Source: Promethearchaeota archaeon
GTDB lineage: Archaea; Asgardarchaeota; Lokiarchaeia; Sigyniarchaeales; SOKP01
DNA: 64,000 bases
Assembly (NCBI GenBank): GCA_019058245.1
Contig: JAHPZJ010000020.1
Span: 40,936 to 104,935 of the forward strand
Direction of reading: 5' to 3'
The notes under the pieces were generated by a model. The model was not told the DNA's origin. It saw only the letters and a program-made list of their open reading frames with translations, and did no database searches. Shown in pieces: positions 19,819-30,530 of the stretch (positions are counted from its first letter, which is position 1; each line of letters starts with the position of its first letter). The translations under genes and the position numbers were made by a program.

Positions 19819-22056
19819 CTAATCTTTAATAAGCGGAAGTGAGAAATAAAATGTACTTCCTTTATCTTTACCCTCAGATTCCATCCATATTTCTCCACCA
19901 TGGGATTCTACTATTTTTTTTGAAATATATAGCCCTAGACCAGTACCATCAATTCCTAAATCAAATCCTTGCCCATACCGTTCAATTTTACCAAATTGTT
20001 TAAAAATTCTATCTTTTTCATCTTTTGTAAAACCTATTCCATTATCCTTTATAGATATAATCACAAATTCCTCTGTTAAATCCGTTTTTATATCAATCCA
20101 GCCGCGTGGAGGCGTATATTTTATAGCATTTGACAATAGATTTGAGAGAACCTCATGAATTTCTTCCTTTTCAAATCGAGTTATTATGGATTCATGAATT
20201 TCTAAATTAATTGAATGTTCACGTTTAACTGCCAAAGGATGCAATTCATTTGCGCAGTAATTAATCAAAAACGATAAATTTTCTTTTTCAAGTCTAGGTT
20301 TTAAATCAGGGGATTCTAATCTAGAAGTGTATAGAAGATCATTGATTATTTTTTGTAATCTTGCACATCCTTTATCAATTTCCTCTAAATTAGAAATTAT
20401 CTCAGGCTTTAACTCTTCTGAATGCATAGTTAAAATAAGATCAGTAAAACCTTTGATCGAAACGAGTGGCGTTTTTAATTCATGAGACGCTCTACTTAAA
20501 AATTCAGATTTAATTCTGTTTATTTCTTTTAATTTTTTTTCCAACTTTTTACTTTCAGTTATATCTCTTACAATTGCCCATATTCTATATGGATCGCCCT
20601 GCTCATCAAGTAAAATCCAGAATCTGATACTAACTGGTAAGATATCACCATTCTTAAGTATAAATTCTTTTTCATAAACTTTGCTTTCACCTTCAGAAAA
20701 ATGAGTAAATAACATATTATCTTCATGTTCATACCATTTTGGAGGAGTAATCTGACGATTATGAAGATCTAAAACCTCTTCTCTTGAGTATCCGATCATT
20801 TTAAGAAATGCTTCATTAACCTCAATAAAACGACCTTCCATATCTGTAGAATAAATTCCATCTGTACTTGATTCAAATAAAGTTCTATATTTGTTTTCTG
20901 ATTCTTTCAGTTTCTGTTCTGCAATCTTTTTACTTGTAATATCATTAATATAGGCAAAAGAACCTTTATAATTTTGATTTTCGTCTAAAATAGGAGACGC
21001 TTTTATTTCAGTATAGATGATATCCCCATTCTTTTTTAAAAATTGGAAATCATAAGTTTCTTTAATACCATTTTCTCGTTTTGATCGGTTTCCTTCTATC
21101 AATGGTTCCATTGACTCAGGAATGAAAGAAGGAAGATTTTTACCAATCATCTCATCTTTAGTATAACCCAGCATTTCACATATTCTTTGATTTACAAATA
21201 TGGTAATCTCATTTTCATCTAAAGCCCAAACACCCTCTTGTGCATCTTCAATTAAACTTCTATATTTCTCTTCTGATTTTCTTAATTTTTGCTCAGTTTC
21301 TTTACGTTTAGTAATATCTCTTGAAATTAAGATTGCCCCTCGTGATTCATTTTTATCCAATAAGAATTTTCCTTTAAGCTCAATCCATAAATAATGTCCA
21401 TTCTTGTGTCTCACTCTAAATTCTTCTGACAACTCTCCCTTTAATAATCCTTTTTTCGTGGATGTAGAAACCTTCTTAAGATCATCTGGATGAGTAAAAT
21501 CTCTTGGTTTTTTTCCAAGAATTTCCTCCTTTCTGTATCCTAATAAAGAATAATAAGCTTTTTCATTGACATAAATATGTTTAAAATCTTGGTCTAATAT
21601 AGAAATTAGATCATTACTGTTATTCGCAATTAAATTGAATTTTTTTTCAGTTTCTCTTAAATTTTGTTCTAATTTGTGTTTTTCTGTAACATCAGTAACG
21701 GTTCCCTCTATAAGGATCCTATCATTATCTTCTTCTTTAATTAGATGAGAATTAATTTGAATATAAATTGGTTCACCCTTTGGAGTTCTTATTTTCGCAA
21801 CAAAATCTTTAACATATCCATTTTTTGATAATTCATCATGGTAGCATTTTTGGACTTCAGGATCAGAAAAAAATTGTGATGAATGAGATCCTGTCAGATC
21901 TATTAGAGGATCTATCCCTAAAATCTTATTAATTGCTGTATTATGAATCAGTAACTTCCCCTTAAACAATCCTTTAAAATAACCAATATCTAAATTATTT
22001 ATTATTTCTTGAAATTTATCTTTAGAAATTACCTCTTCTTCATTATTTATATACAA
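19819..22056 (-). CDS. Cytoplasmic multi-PAS sensor histidine kinase
   Basis: About four PAS/PAC units, H-box SHELKTPL, NLLSNAIKY, DNGIG, GTGLGL; SD GAGGAGG before TTG. Confidence 0.95.
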   Translation of the reverse strand: MYINNEEEVISKDKFQEIINNLDIGYFKGLFKGKLLIHNTAINKILGIDPLIDLTGSHSSQFFSDPEVQKCYHDELSKNGYVKDFVAKIRTPKGEPIYIQINSHLIKEEDNDRILIEGTVTDVTEKHKLEQNLRETEKKFNLIANNSNDLISILDQDFKHIYVNEKAYYSLLGYRKEEILGKKPRDFTHPDDLKKVSTSTKKGLLKGELSEEFRVRHKNGHYLWIELKGKFLLDKNESRGAILISRDITKRKETEQKLRKSEEKYRSLIEDAQEGVWALDENEITIFVNQRICEMLGYTKDEMIGKNLPSFIPESMEPLIEGNRSKRENGIKETYDFQFLKKNGDIIYTEIKASPILDENQNYKGSFAYINDITSKKIAEQKLKESENKYRTLFESSTDGIYSTDMEGRFIEVNEAFLKMIGYSREEVLDLHNRQITPPKWYEHEDNMLFTHFSEGESKVYEKEFILKNGDILPVSIRFWILLDEQGDPYRIWAIVRDITESKKLEKKLKEINRIKSEFLSRASHELKTPLVSIKGFTDLILTMHSEELKPEIISNLEEIDKGCARLQKIINDLLYTSRLESPDLKPRLEKENLSFLINYCANELHPLAVKREHSINLEIHESIITRFEKEEIHEVLSNLLSNAIKYTPPRGWIDIKTDLTEEFVIISIKDNGIGFTKDEKDRIFKQFGKIERYGQGFDLGIDGTGLGLYISKKIVESHGGEIWMESEGKDKGSTFYFSLPLIKD

Positions 22057-22202
22057 ATGTCCTCCTCATCCTTAATGTAAGATATCCTTTTATCAATTGG
22101 AATTTATTACTTTTCAATTAATAATAGAGTATTATATTTTAAAGTTTTTCAATTTACCAAATTTTACAATGAGATTATAAAATACCAAATATTTATGTTG
22201 TT

Positions 22203-22772
22203 ATGAAAGAGATGCTTGAGAGACTTTTAATTAAATTAAATGGTGCTACGAAGGTTGTCTTTATGGGGATTGGTGAAGAAAAGCTTAGAGATGACGCAGT
22301 AGGCATACACATAATAAGTGAGCTCTTACCATATTCTAATGAAAAATGTTTATTTATTAATGCTGGAATTGATCCGATGAGCAGAATTGAAGATGTCATA
22401 GATTTTCAAGTATCACATCTTGTTCTTATAGATACATGCACTTTAAATCAACCCCCTGGATCAGTTGCTATAATCGAACGAGAAAATATTCAAGAATTGG
22501 TGCCAATATCTTCCCATACAATACCTATTCATATTGTTATCGACTTATTGCTTGAAAAATTTCCTGATCTAAAAGTTTTTATGATAGGAATTGTACCAGA
22601 AAGTCTTGAAGGATTTACAGAATTAAGTCTCTATAAAGAACATGAATATTCCCTTGAGGAGAGAAGTGAAAATGAAGATCTTCCTTTTTTTAAATTAAAT
22701 CTTACACCAACTATTCAAAAAGTAGCTGATCAACTCATAATTCTCATTAAAAAGATTATCAAGAAAATATAG
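22203..22772 (+). CDS. Hydrogenase maturation protease (HycI-like)
   Basis: MGIGEEKLRDDAVG, LVLID, ISSHTIP, IGIVPES. Confidence 0.85.
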   Translation: MKEMLERLLIKLNGATKVVFMGIGEEKLRDDAVGIHIISELLPYSNEKCLFINAGIDPMSRIEDVIDFQVSHLVLIDTCTLNQPPGSVAIIERENIQELVPISSHTIPIHIVIDLLLEKFPDLKVFMIGIVPESLEGFTELSLYKEHEYSLEERSENEDLPFFKLNLTPTIQKVADQLIILIKKIIKKI

Positions 22773-22776
22773 TAAA

Positions 22777-22977
22777 TTATTCTTTGTTCTCTGAGATATT
22801 TGTAATAAAATCAATTATTAATTCAATAGTTCTTTTGATATTTTCTTGGTCTTTAGGTTTTAAATCGATTTTAAGGTTTTCTAAAAATGCAATGACTTTC
22901 TCTGCTTCTTTAAGCTTTCTTAAATAATCAGATCCTTCCTTATTCAAGGAACCCCCCCATGCCATTAACATCACCAT
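22777..22977 (-). CDS. Small helical hypothetical protein
   Basis: 66-aa ORF filling the intergenic gap, protein-like composition; start uncertain. Confidence 0.55.
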   Translation of the reverse strand: MVMLMAWGGSLNKEGSDYLRKLKEAEKVIAFLENLKIDLKPKDQENIKRTIELIIDFITNISENKE

Positions 22978-23230
22978 TATTATTTATAAATAATTATGAT
23001 AATGCATACGTATAATTCTATTTAAAACTCATAGTTATCTCTAACATTGAAAATAAAAATACTCATCTTATGGTTTAGCAAATAATATGCATTTATATAT
23101 TAGATATGTTCATTAATTAGCAAGGAACTTAGATATATAGACTTGATAAATTATTAAATAAAAGTTTAAAAACAAATTCTTCTATTTTTTAGATGAAAAT
23201 TCTGGACAAGAATATAGTACCCTAATTAAA

Positions 23231-23653
23231 ATGATACAAGAGTTAATGATTATTAATCAAGCCGGTCTAGCTTTATTTTATCATAATTTCATTGATAATG
23301 AAATGATTGAAGGTGATCAATCCTTAGCAGGCTATTTTGATATGATTTGTCGATTTACAAAACAAAGTTTTAAAGAAAGTTTGAAAATCTTAGAATTAGA
23401 CAGTTTTATTTTTTTCTTTTATACTCATAAATCAAATTATCATTTAGTACTTAAATGTGAGAATAAATTATTTGATAAAGAATTATTCGAATCTATTTCT
23501 GAGAAGATTATTGAGGAATTTATAAAAGAATATAAAGCAATACTACAGGATTTTAATGGTGAAATTTCTCATTTTAAACCTTTTTCTAATCAAGTCATTA
23601 AAATCCTCAGAAGTCAATATAAAGGTTTTAGGAATGTCCTTTTTGCTGAATAA
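23231..23653 (+). CDS. Longin/sigma-adaptin-like small domain protein
   Basis: MIQELMIINQAGLALFYHNF...FNGEISHFKPF pattern typical of longin-fold proteins. Confidence 0.65.
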   Translation: MIQELMIINQAGLALFYHNFIDNEMIEGDQSLAGYFDMICRFTKQSFKESLKILELDSFIFFFYTHKSNYHLVLKCENKLFDKELFESISEKIIEEFIKEYKAILQDFNGEISHFKPFSNQVIKILRSQYKGFRNVLFAE

Positions 23654-23837
23654 TCATATTTAAAACCTTTTGTATATACTCCTTTAAATATCACTGATAA
23701 ATAAATTCAAAAAAAAAACTTTAAAAAAAATCTGGTAATAAAATTTGAGAATTTATTAACAGAATGAAATGAAAAGCTATGTTATTTGAAAAGAAAAATT
23801 AAAAAAGAAAAGAGAATAAAAAATAACATCAGTTATC

Positions 23838-24470
23838 ATGAGGATCAAACCAACAGTCAAAATAGACCCAGATGATGTAGTACGGTATTTATTGTATCAA
23901 CAGTTCTATTATGGGGATGATCGTATTTATGGACGTACTAAAGATCGATCTGAGCATATTAAGGGGGCTGGCAAAGCAATAGAAAATTTTTATTCGTTAA
24001 TTACTGAAATGATAAATTTAATCGATAAGGGAAAAATTCGCCAATATCTGGAATTTTTTAATGAAAATATTCATAACGTCCCTATTGATGCCATTTTGAA
24101 TAAATATAGAGAGTATAAAGATGCAATGGGGTCGGAACTTGACCATAAAATTACTTTAAATGTGATTATTGGTGATTGTTTAAGTGAAATTCAAACAAAA
24201 AGTTTTAACGCTACTATTACGAGTTTAATCGAATTCATTATGGAAAAGAAATCCCTAAAGCCCGAAAAAAAATTAGAAGTAAAAAAAAAGATTGAATCAT
24301 TGTATGGAAAAAGCGATCCTAATATTGGAATGATTTATAGCTTAAGTTTTATGGAATTCATAAGTAAAAAGATTCATGATAAATATATCAAAGAAAAATG
24401 TGAAAAATTATTAAAAAAATATTCTAAGCAAGTTCTAAAGGCAATAGAAAAAATTAAGTTTTTAGATTAA
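23838..24470 (+). CDS. Hypothetical protein
   Basis: 210-aa ORF; no motif recognised. Confidence 0.65.
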   Translation: MRIKPTVKIDPDDVVRYLLYQQFYYGDDRIYGRTKDRSEHIKGAGKAIENFYSLITEMINLIDKGKIRQYLEFFNENIHNVPIDAILNKYREYKDAMGSELDHKITLNVIIGDCLSEIQTKSFNATITSLIEFIMEKKSLKPEKKLEVKKKIESLYGKSDPNIGMIYSLSFMEFISKKIHDKYIKEKCEKLLKKYSKQVLKAIEKIKFLD

Positions 24471-24530
24471 TATTTATCAACCAATTTTAATGACTAAACT
24501 AATATTTAAGCAAAAAAAAATATTAAAAAA

Positions 24531-24563
24531 AAAGAGAAAAGAGAAGCCGGCTTTTTTCTCTTT
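24531..24563. terminator. Hairpin between convergent genes; candidate bidirectional terminator
   Basis: AAAGAGAAAA(GAG)AAGCCGGCTTTTTTCTCTTT, about 40 nt past the Ubl stop, flanked by A/T tracts. Confidence 0.45.
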
Positions 24564-24601
24564 AAACCCCGTGATAAATACGTTTCTCATTAATATTTTA
24601 C

Positions 24602-24856
24602 TTAAAATCCACCTGCTTGTGTGGCCATTACTGTGATCACATCTTTTTTTGGATGGATTCCTATCTTTGCAAACTTTAATTGATCAGGCAATACTTTACC
24701 TTTAAAAATGAATTGTATTGCGAGGATTGGATTTAATTTATATTCACGTTGTACAGTTTTTTTGATCTCTGCGATTGAATTATTAGGATCAAGCTCAATA
24801 AGTTTAATTGCTTGATCTGGAGGGACTCCGGTCAGTCTAAATCTATATTGGGTAAT
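24602..24856 (-). CDS. Ubiquitin-like protein (84 aa) ending GG-F; ATT start; absent from the ORF track
   Basis: Manual translation: (M)TQYRFRLTGVPPDQAIKLIELDPNNSIAEIKKTVQREYKLNPILAIQFIFKGKVLPDQLKFAKIGIHPKKDVITVMATQAGGF*. It matches ubiquitin patterns (P..SI..IK..., QxIFxGKxL.D, terminal GG). GTGTGA lies 6 nt before ATT, with in-frame TGA TAA just upstream. Confidence 0.85.
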   Translation of the reverse strand: MTQYRFRLTGVPPDQAIKLIELDPNNSIAEIKKTVQREYKLNPILAIQFIFKGKVLPDQLKFAKIGIHPKKDVITVMATQAGGF

Positions 24857-25013
24857 TTTTTATCACACACTTTTTATTATTTATTCAATTAAATTGGTTA
24901 GATATAAATTATCAAGATGCAATATTAAGGATTTTTGTTCAACATCCCGAACTTTAGTTTAAATATTGAGTAATTCTCTCTTTTTCAACTCTAAACAATT
25001 TTTTGAAGTTTTT

Positions 25014-25211
25014 TTAGAATCGAAATGGCTCTGGAGGGGGACCTGGTCTATCAGGTGGGCCTGGAGGGTGAATTGGTCCGGGTTTAGGTAATGGTGGAGA
25101 AGGAAACCTCCCTATTTTGTGTTCTAAACCTAAAATTCGTTGTTCTATTTTATCCAACCTTTCTTCAATAACCCTTAACCTCTTTAATATGTTGGGGTCT
25201 TCTATTGTCAT
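25014..25211 (-). CDS. Small coiled-coil protein with a proline-rich C-terminus
   Basis: LKRLRVIEERLDKIEQRILGLEHKI followed by PSPPLPKPGPIHPPGPPDRPGPPPEPF; GTGA before ATG. Confidence 0.7.
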   Translation of the reverse strand: MTIEDPNILKRLRVIEERLDKIEQRILGLEHKIGRFPSPPLPKPGPIHPPGPPDRPGPPPEPFRF

Positions 25212-25403
25212 TTTATCACAATAAATTTATTGATTTTTTAATAATTTCCCAATTTCTAACATTGATTTCCTAATTTTTATAATTTTACTTATAGCTAGAA
25301 CGTAAATATACTAAATTTATATATATTTGTTTTTCTGTCTTATTTTAGTCTAAGTCCAGAAAAAAAGTATAATCTTATATATTATTGAATATATAATAGA
25401 ATT

Positions 25404-26516
25404 ATGGAATCGTGGAATATATCCAAAAAATTAAAGACTGAATTATTAAAAAAATCTAGTAATATTGAAGATAATAGTAGGAGAATATTATTTATTCTTA
25501 GAAATTTAGGACCTCAAAGATTTACTAATATAGTTAAATATTCAAATTTAAGCAGATCTACTGTTTCTAAATACCTTAATCTTCATAGAAGAAACAAAAA
25601 TATAGAACAAAGATTAGTAACTGATAAAGTAACAAATAAACAGTATAGAAGTTATGTTATTACAGATAAAGGAATTGAAAAACTTGGAGAAGCTCCTTTA
25701 AAACTTAAAGACGAAATATTTTTTGTTAATGAATTAAAAGAAAATGTTAGGAAACTTGAAGATCTAATAGATTTTTATAAGGAAATAAATGTTGAAGACA
25801 AATTTATAATTCATATTGTAAGGATTATCTCCAAAATAGGAGATAATTTTTTTGAATTACACCAAGATCGAGATCTTTATTTATCTCTCTTTTACATATT
25901 TTATAACTCTATTCTTGGTCAGGGTGCCTTTGCAAAAATTTACTGGCACTTTGATAAATCTAGTTCACAAAAGTTTGAAGGCTATAAATTAAACTTAGAT
26001 CAATATTGTGAAGTTTATAATGTTTCAAGAGAAGCAATTAACTATTTAGCAAGGTCTAAATTGATAAAAAGTGATTATGGTTTTTATTTAATTAAACGTG
26101 AAATGAATGATTTCTTTTTCCATGAAGAAGATTTAATAGGGACTACAACTCTTAGGCTCATTAAAGATAAGTTAATTGACGAAATTATTAATCTTCAAGA
26201 AGGCATTTATGATATGATATATGATCTTGACATTATGGCGGAAGATATTGTTAATCAACTAAAGGAAATGGGTTTAATATGGGATGCTATTCAAGAACAT
26301 TTTCAATTATTAGTATTAAATTTAATAATTAAGAATACCATAGAGATGGGATTTTTAGATATAGAACGAGAAAAATTAATTGAAGGAGTAGCGCAATCTA
26401 AAAAATTACTGCAATCAGAAGAAGGAAGACTGATACAAACAACGATTTTAGAAAGTTCTAACGTTAATTTGAATTATAATATGCTTACATTAGTCCATAT
26501 TGAGAATAGAATTTAA
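25404..26516 (+). CDS. Winged-HTH domain protein (putative regulator)
   Basis: N-terminal ILFILRNLGPQRFTNIVKYSNLSRSTVSKYL...YVITDKG. Confidence 0.75.
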   Translation: MESWNISKKLKTELLKKSSNIEDNSRRILFILRNLGPQRFTNIVKYSNLSRSTVSKYLNLHRRNKNIEQRLVTDKVTNKQYRSYVITDKGIEKLGEAPLKLKDEIFFVNELKENVRKLEDLIDFYKEINVEDKFIIHIVRIISKIGDNFFELHQDRDLYLSLFYIFYNSILGQGAFAKIYWHFDKSSSQKFEGYKLNLDQYCEVYNVSREAINYLARSKLIKSDYGFYLIKREMNDFFFHEEDLIGTTTLRLIKDKLIDEIINLQEGIYDMIYDLDIMAEDIVNQLKEMGLIWDAIQEHFQLLVLNLIIKNTIEMGFLDIEREKLIEGVAQSKKLLQSEEGRLIQTTILESSNVNLNYNMLTLVHIENRI

Positions 26517-26611
26517 TATTATTTTCAAAAATTTTAAAACCATAGGGGTTCCTATATTGAAAAGCAAATTTTTCTTCAAACTTGGTAATATAATCCAGAT
26601 CAATTTGATAC

Positions 26612-28222
26612 ATGTTCAAATATCAAGTACTTATATTCTTAGCTATTTTATTAACTGTTTCTTATAATTCACTTAGATCACAAATTCATAATAAAGAATT
26701 TGAGATCAATAAATATCTTAAATTAAAGCTTGAGAGCGGCAGAACAAATATTTACGTGAAGGGACATATATTTCAACAATGTATGTACTTATTGCTCAAT
26801 ATTCCCGTTGATCGAATAGAAGAATATGATGAAATTGAATCTATTGATGAGGCTGCGGAATCATTAGATAGATCAATGGAAGGAGATCATCATAGGCCAT
26901 TTAGAAGGATATCTCCTGAAGAGGAATTTCAAGGTCATTGTTCTAATATTCAAGCATGGGCAGAAAATGGTTATGATACAAGAATTTTGCATCGAAATCT
27001 TGCTTTTCCATTATTAAAGAGACTAAGTGAAGTTGGTGATCCTATAGCTAGAAAAGTATTTTCCGAGGAAATAGCTATTAGACTTGCCAGTAAGCATCCA
27101 ACTGTTACTCAATATTTAACTCAAAATGGTTATTTAAAATATTTAAGTCCAGATGAGTTTGAGAGTATTCTCGATGATATAAATCCAAATGTTTTAAATG
27201 GACTAATTAACGAACTAAAGCGGTTATTTCAACAAAATCACCAAAGAAATATAATGATTCCAATTAATTACATAGTGAATCAACTAATTGGGAATTTTGG
27301 AATTGAACATATTTCTTTACTCACTTCTAAAATCCTAAAAAATATTCCAAGTAATTTTAGAGAAGTTTTCGTTAAAAATGTCTACTACATTTTAAGATCA
27401 AGAAATAATTTTCCATTGATTAAATATCTTAATAAACACTTTAAATATTTTGATGACTTTAAGTTTGACTATAATTTTATAAAATATGAGGACAAAATTG
27501 TAGGTATCTTTAGAAATAATGAGATATATTTAAATAACCAAAATATTCGAAAAATATCCGGATTAGATGTGATAAACGGAGAATTCGAAGATGTAAAAGA
27601 ATTAGATTTAAGCAATAATCAAATAACTACTCTAGAAGGAATTGAGTTATTTCCAAATATTCGCATACTAAAACTCAATAATAATAAACTAATTGAAATT
27701 GAAGGAGATGAGAATCTCAAAAATTTAGAAATGCTATACTTGAGAAATAATCAAATAAAAGAAATTATAAATCTTGAGAAGTTTAGTAATCTAAATCTCA
27801 TTGATTTATCTGACAATCCAACGATAATAAAAATTCCTGAAGTTCTAAATAAATTAGGAAATTTGAAGACTGTTAGATTATGGAACTGTAATATTAAGAA
27901 TTTTTCTAAGTCTACAGAGAAATTCTTTTGGATGAACCAAAACTATAGATATTTCACAGGTTATAATGAAAATGATAAAAGATTTTATGAAAGTAGATAC
28001 AGAAGAGTAGCCTCATCTGATAATAAACTATATAAACATTTTGTAGAGTGGATACTAAAAATACAAAATCTAATGGATCAATATAAATTTTCTTATCAAG
28101 ATATCAATCAATTTAATGAAGAAACCTCAAAAAATGCAATATGGTCGGGAAGAGTCACCAATGATTTTAAAAAATGGTTAGACGACAAAAAGTACCAAAA
28201 GAAAATTACGTTTTTTTTCTAA
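26612..28222 (+). CDS. Leucine-rich repeat protein
   Basis: LDLSNNQI, LKLNNNKL, LYLRNNQI repeats; N-terminal 'PEEEFQGHCSNIQAW.E..YDTRILHRNLAFPLLK' domain; start uncertain. Confidence 0.85.
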   Translation: MFKYQVLIFLAILLTVSYNSLRSQIHNKEFEINKYLKLKLESGRTNIYVKGHIFQQCMYLLLNIPVDRIEEYDEIESIDEAAESLDRSMEGDHHRPFRRISPEEEFQGHCSNIQAWAENGYDTRILHRNLAFPLLKRLSEVGDPIARKVFSEEIAIRLASKHPTVTQYLTQNGYLKYLSPDEFESILDDINPNVLNGLINELKRLFQQNHQRNIMIPINYIVNQLIGNFGIEHISLLTSKILKNIPSNFREVFVKNVYYILRSRNNFPLIKYLNKHFKYFDDFKFDYNFIKYEDKIVGIFRNNEIYLNNQNIRKISGLDVINGEFEDVKELDLSNNQITTLEGIELFPNIRILKLNNNKLIEIEGDENLKNLEMLYLRNNQIKEIINLEKFSNLNLIDLSDNPTIIKIPEVLNKLGNLKTVRLWNCNIKNFSKSTEKFFWMNQNYRYFTGYNENDKRFYESRYRRVASSDNKLYKHFVEWILKIQNLMDQYKFSYQDINQFNEETSKNAIWSGRVTNDFKKWLDDKKYQKKITFFF

Positions 28223-28317
28223 AAAAGTAATATTATAAGTGCTTATTGACATTCTTGTCAATATACAATGTATATTAAATCATTAAACTTTTTAAAAATA
28301 TTGTTTTTACTTATATA

Positions 28318-29424
28318 ATGACAGAAGTTGATAATTATGAAATTGTAAGACAAAAACTGCAAATTGGAAGAATATTTGCTCCTAAGCATAAAAAAATATA
28401 TAAATTGATGAAGATCTTCTGGAATGAAGATGAAATTAAAATTCTTACACATTTTAAGAAAATTGGTGGAAAAGTCACATTAAAAGAATTGGAAGAGAAA
28501 ACTGGTATTCCAGAACAAGAAATAGAAAAAATCCTAGAAAGATCAGTGACAAATGGAACTATATTTAAGTCTAATTCTGATTATAGATTACTCCCTCTTT
28601 TACCCGGTGTATTTGAATTATATTTCATCAAACGCAAAGATACCGAAGAAAATCAAAAAAAAGCCGCAGAAATATATCGGTTTATTTTTAAAAATCGAGC
28701 ACCAGATTTAGAGGATCCTAAGAGTATACGAAAAGGTTTCCGTCCTTTGCTTCCATATGACTCTGAGGAAAAACTAATAAAAGTCGATGAGTCTTTTGAG
28801 GTTGAGAATCAAGTTCTTCCATTTGAGGTTGTTAAAGATATGATTGATAAAAATGACACTTTTGGGGTAATACCTTGTCAATGTCGGTTGATTGGTGAAT
28901 ATACTGGCGAACCTTGTAAAGTCGCCCCTGCTGAAATGGGATGTTTTGTTGTTGGGGATTCAGCAAAACGGTGGATCTCTGAAGGTGCGGCAAGAAGCCT
29001 AACTAGAGAAGAAGCGATTGAGTTTATTAGAGAAACCGAGAAAAGAGGACTTATCCATAATGCAGTCTCGGATACTAGTAAAAGTACAGCACGGTTTATT
29101 TGTAATTGTTGTAGTTGTCATTGTGGAGTGCTTCATCCAGCAAAATTATATGGCTATAGGGGAGTTGTTGAAACTAATTTTGTTCCTGAATTTGATATGG
29201 ATCTTTGCACTAAATGTGAAACATGTATGAATAAATGTCAAAGTAATGCAATATATCATCTCTGGCCCAGTAAATCGGATTCATCAGACGAGGCAATGAA
29301 AGTTAGAGAAGAATTATGCGTGGGATGTGGAGTTTGTGCTGCGAATTGTCCTAATAATGCAATTAAATTGGTTAAAGTAAAAAATGAACATCCTACTAGA
29401 TTACCATTAAGTTTCTTATTTTGA
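28318..29424 (+). CDS. HTH + 4Fe-4S binding protein
   Basis: PCQCR, ICNCCSCHC, CTKCETCMNKC, CVGCGVCAANCP. Confidence 0.88.
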   Translation: MTEVDNYEIVRQKLQIGRIFAPKHKKIYKLMKIFWNEDEIKILTHFKKIGGKVTLKELEEKTGIPEQEIEKILERSVTNGTIFKSNSDYRLLPLLPGVFELYFIKRKDTEENQKKAAEIYRFIFKNRAPDLEDPKSIRKGFRPLLPYDSEEKLIKVDESFEVENQVLPFEVVKDMIDKNDTFGVIPCQCRLIGEYTGEPCKVAPAEMGCFVVGDSAKRWISEGAARSLTREEAIEFIRETEKRGLIHNAVSDTSKSTARFICNCCSCHCGVLHPAKLYGYRGVVETNFVPEFDMDLCTKCETCMNKCQSNAIYHLWPSKSDSSDEAMKVREELCVGCGVCAANCPNNAIKLVKVKNEHPTRLPLSFLF

Positions 29425-29485
29425 ATTAAAATAAACAGAATAACTAGCTTGTTTTTTTTTTTTTAATTTATCAAATAAGTTGAAA

Positions 29486-30439
29486 TTAAGAATAATTTAA
29501 CATTTTATTAATTGGAATTAAGGCTTTTTTTGCTATATCAGAAGGAACCTTGACCTCAAAAGCTTGGTCATCAAGGTTCTTGAGGATATATTCAATAAGC
29601 TCGAGATTATGCTTTTTCATATTATAACAAATCAACTTGTCTTTAACTGAGTAAAAATTCTTGTTTTGAAAATCTTGAGTTAAGCGTACTCTGAAACCTT
29701 CCTCAGTGCCAATAAGAAACTTGTTTTCATCATTAGAACTATTTTTTACCCTATTATACATTTGTGCAGTTGACCCTACAAAATCTGCTAATTCTCTCAC
29801 AGCTCTAATACATTCTGGATGAACAAGTAATTTTGTATGAGAGTATTTTTTTTTTGCTATTTCTATATCTTCTGGTCTAATTTGTGAGTGCACATAACAA
29901 TGACCTTCTTCGGGCATTTTTATACATTTTATCCCAGATTTTTGTTCTGTATAGTCAGCTAAATTTGCATCGGGACCGAATAAAACTGAGGAAACATTAA
30001 ATTCTTGACTAATTTTTTCGACAATCATAATTGAATTTGATGAAGTGCAACAAATATCAGATTCAGCTTTTACAGCTGCTGTTGAATTAACATATACAAC
30101 AACAGGTAGATCTGGATATTTATTTCTAAATTCCCTAACCATTTCAGGTGTGAGATAAGCCGCCATAGGACAGCAAGATTCATAATTAGGGATTAAGATA
30201 TGTTTATCTTGATTTACAATCGATGCAGTTTCAGCCATAAAATCAACCCCTGCGAATACTATATAATTATTTGCCTTCTTTTTTGCTGTACGAGATAAAC
30301 CAAGTGAATCTCCTACATAATCCGCGATTTCTTGAATTTCTATTGGTTGATAATAATGAGCTAGAATCGTTACATCATTTTCTTTCTTTAAGCCCAAAAT
30401 ATCTTCTTGTAATTGTATTGTATTCATATTAATAGTCAA
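29486..30439 (-). CDS. nadA: Quinolinate synthase
   Basis: ILAHYYQ, VGDSLGL, GVDFMAETA, CPMA, VYVNS, CTSSN, GHCYVH, HPEC, GST, ICYNMK. Confidence 0.95.
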   Translation of the reverse strand: MTINMNTIQLQEDILGLKKENDVTILAHYYQPIEIQEIADYVGDSLGLSRTAKKKANNYIVFAGVDFMAETASIVNQDKHILIPNYESCCPMAAYLTPEMVREFRNKYPDLPVVVYVNSTAAVKAESDICCTSSNSIMIVEKISQEFNVSSVLFGPDANLADYTEQKSGIKCIKMPEEGHCYVHSQIRPEDIEIAKKKYSHTKLLVHPECIRAVRELADFVGSTAQMYNRVKNSSNDENKFLIGTEEGFRVRLTQDFQNKNFYSVKDKLICYNMKKHNLELIEYILKNLDDQAFEVKVPSDIAKKALIPINKMLNYS

Positions 30440-30530
30440 AAAAATAATTACATGTAATATGAATAAAAGTTCAAATTAAAATAAGTTATTTTGTAATAAA
30501 AAAAAAAATAGAAAAAAAAAATTAATAAAG

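Noticed and set aside
22203-22772. Hydrogenase operon
   Set aside because: Only the maturation protease is present; no hydrogenase subunits lie in the window
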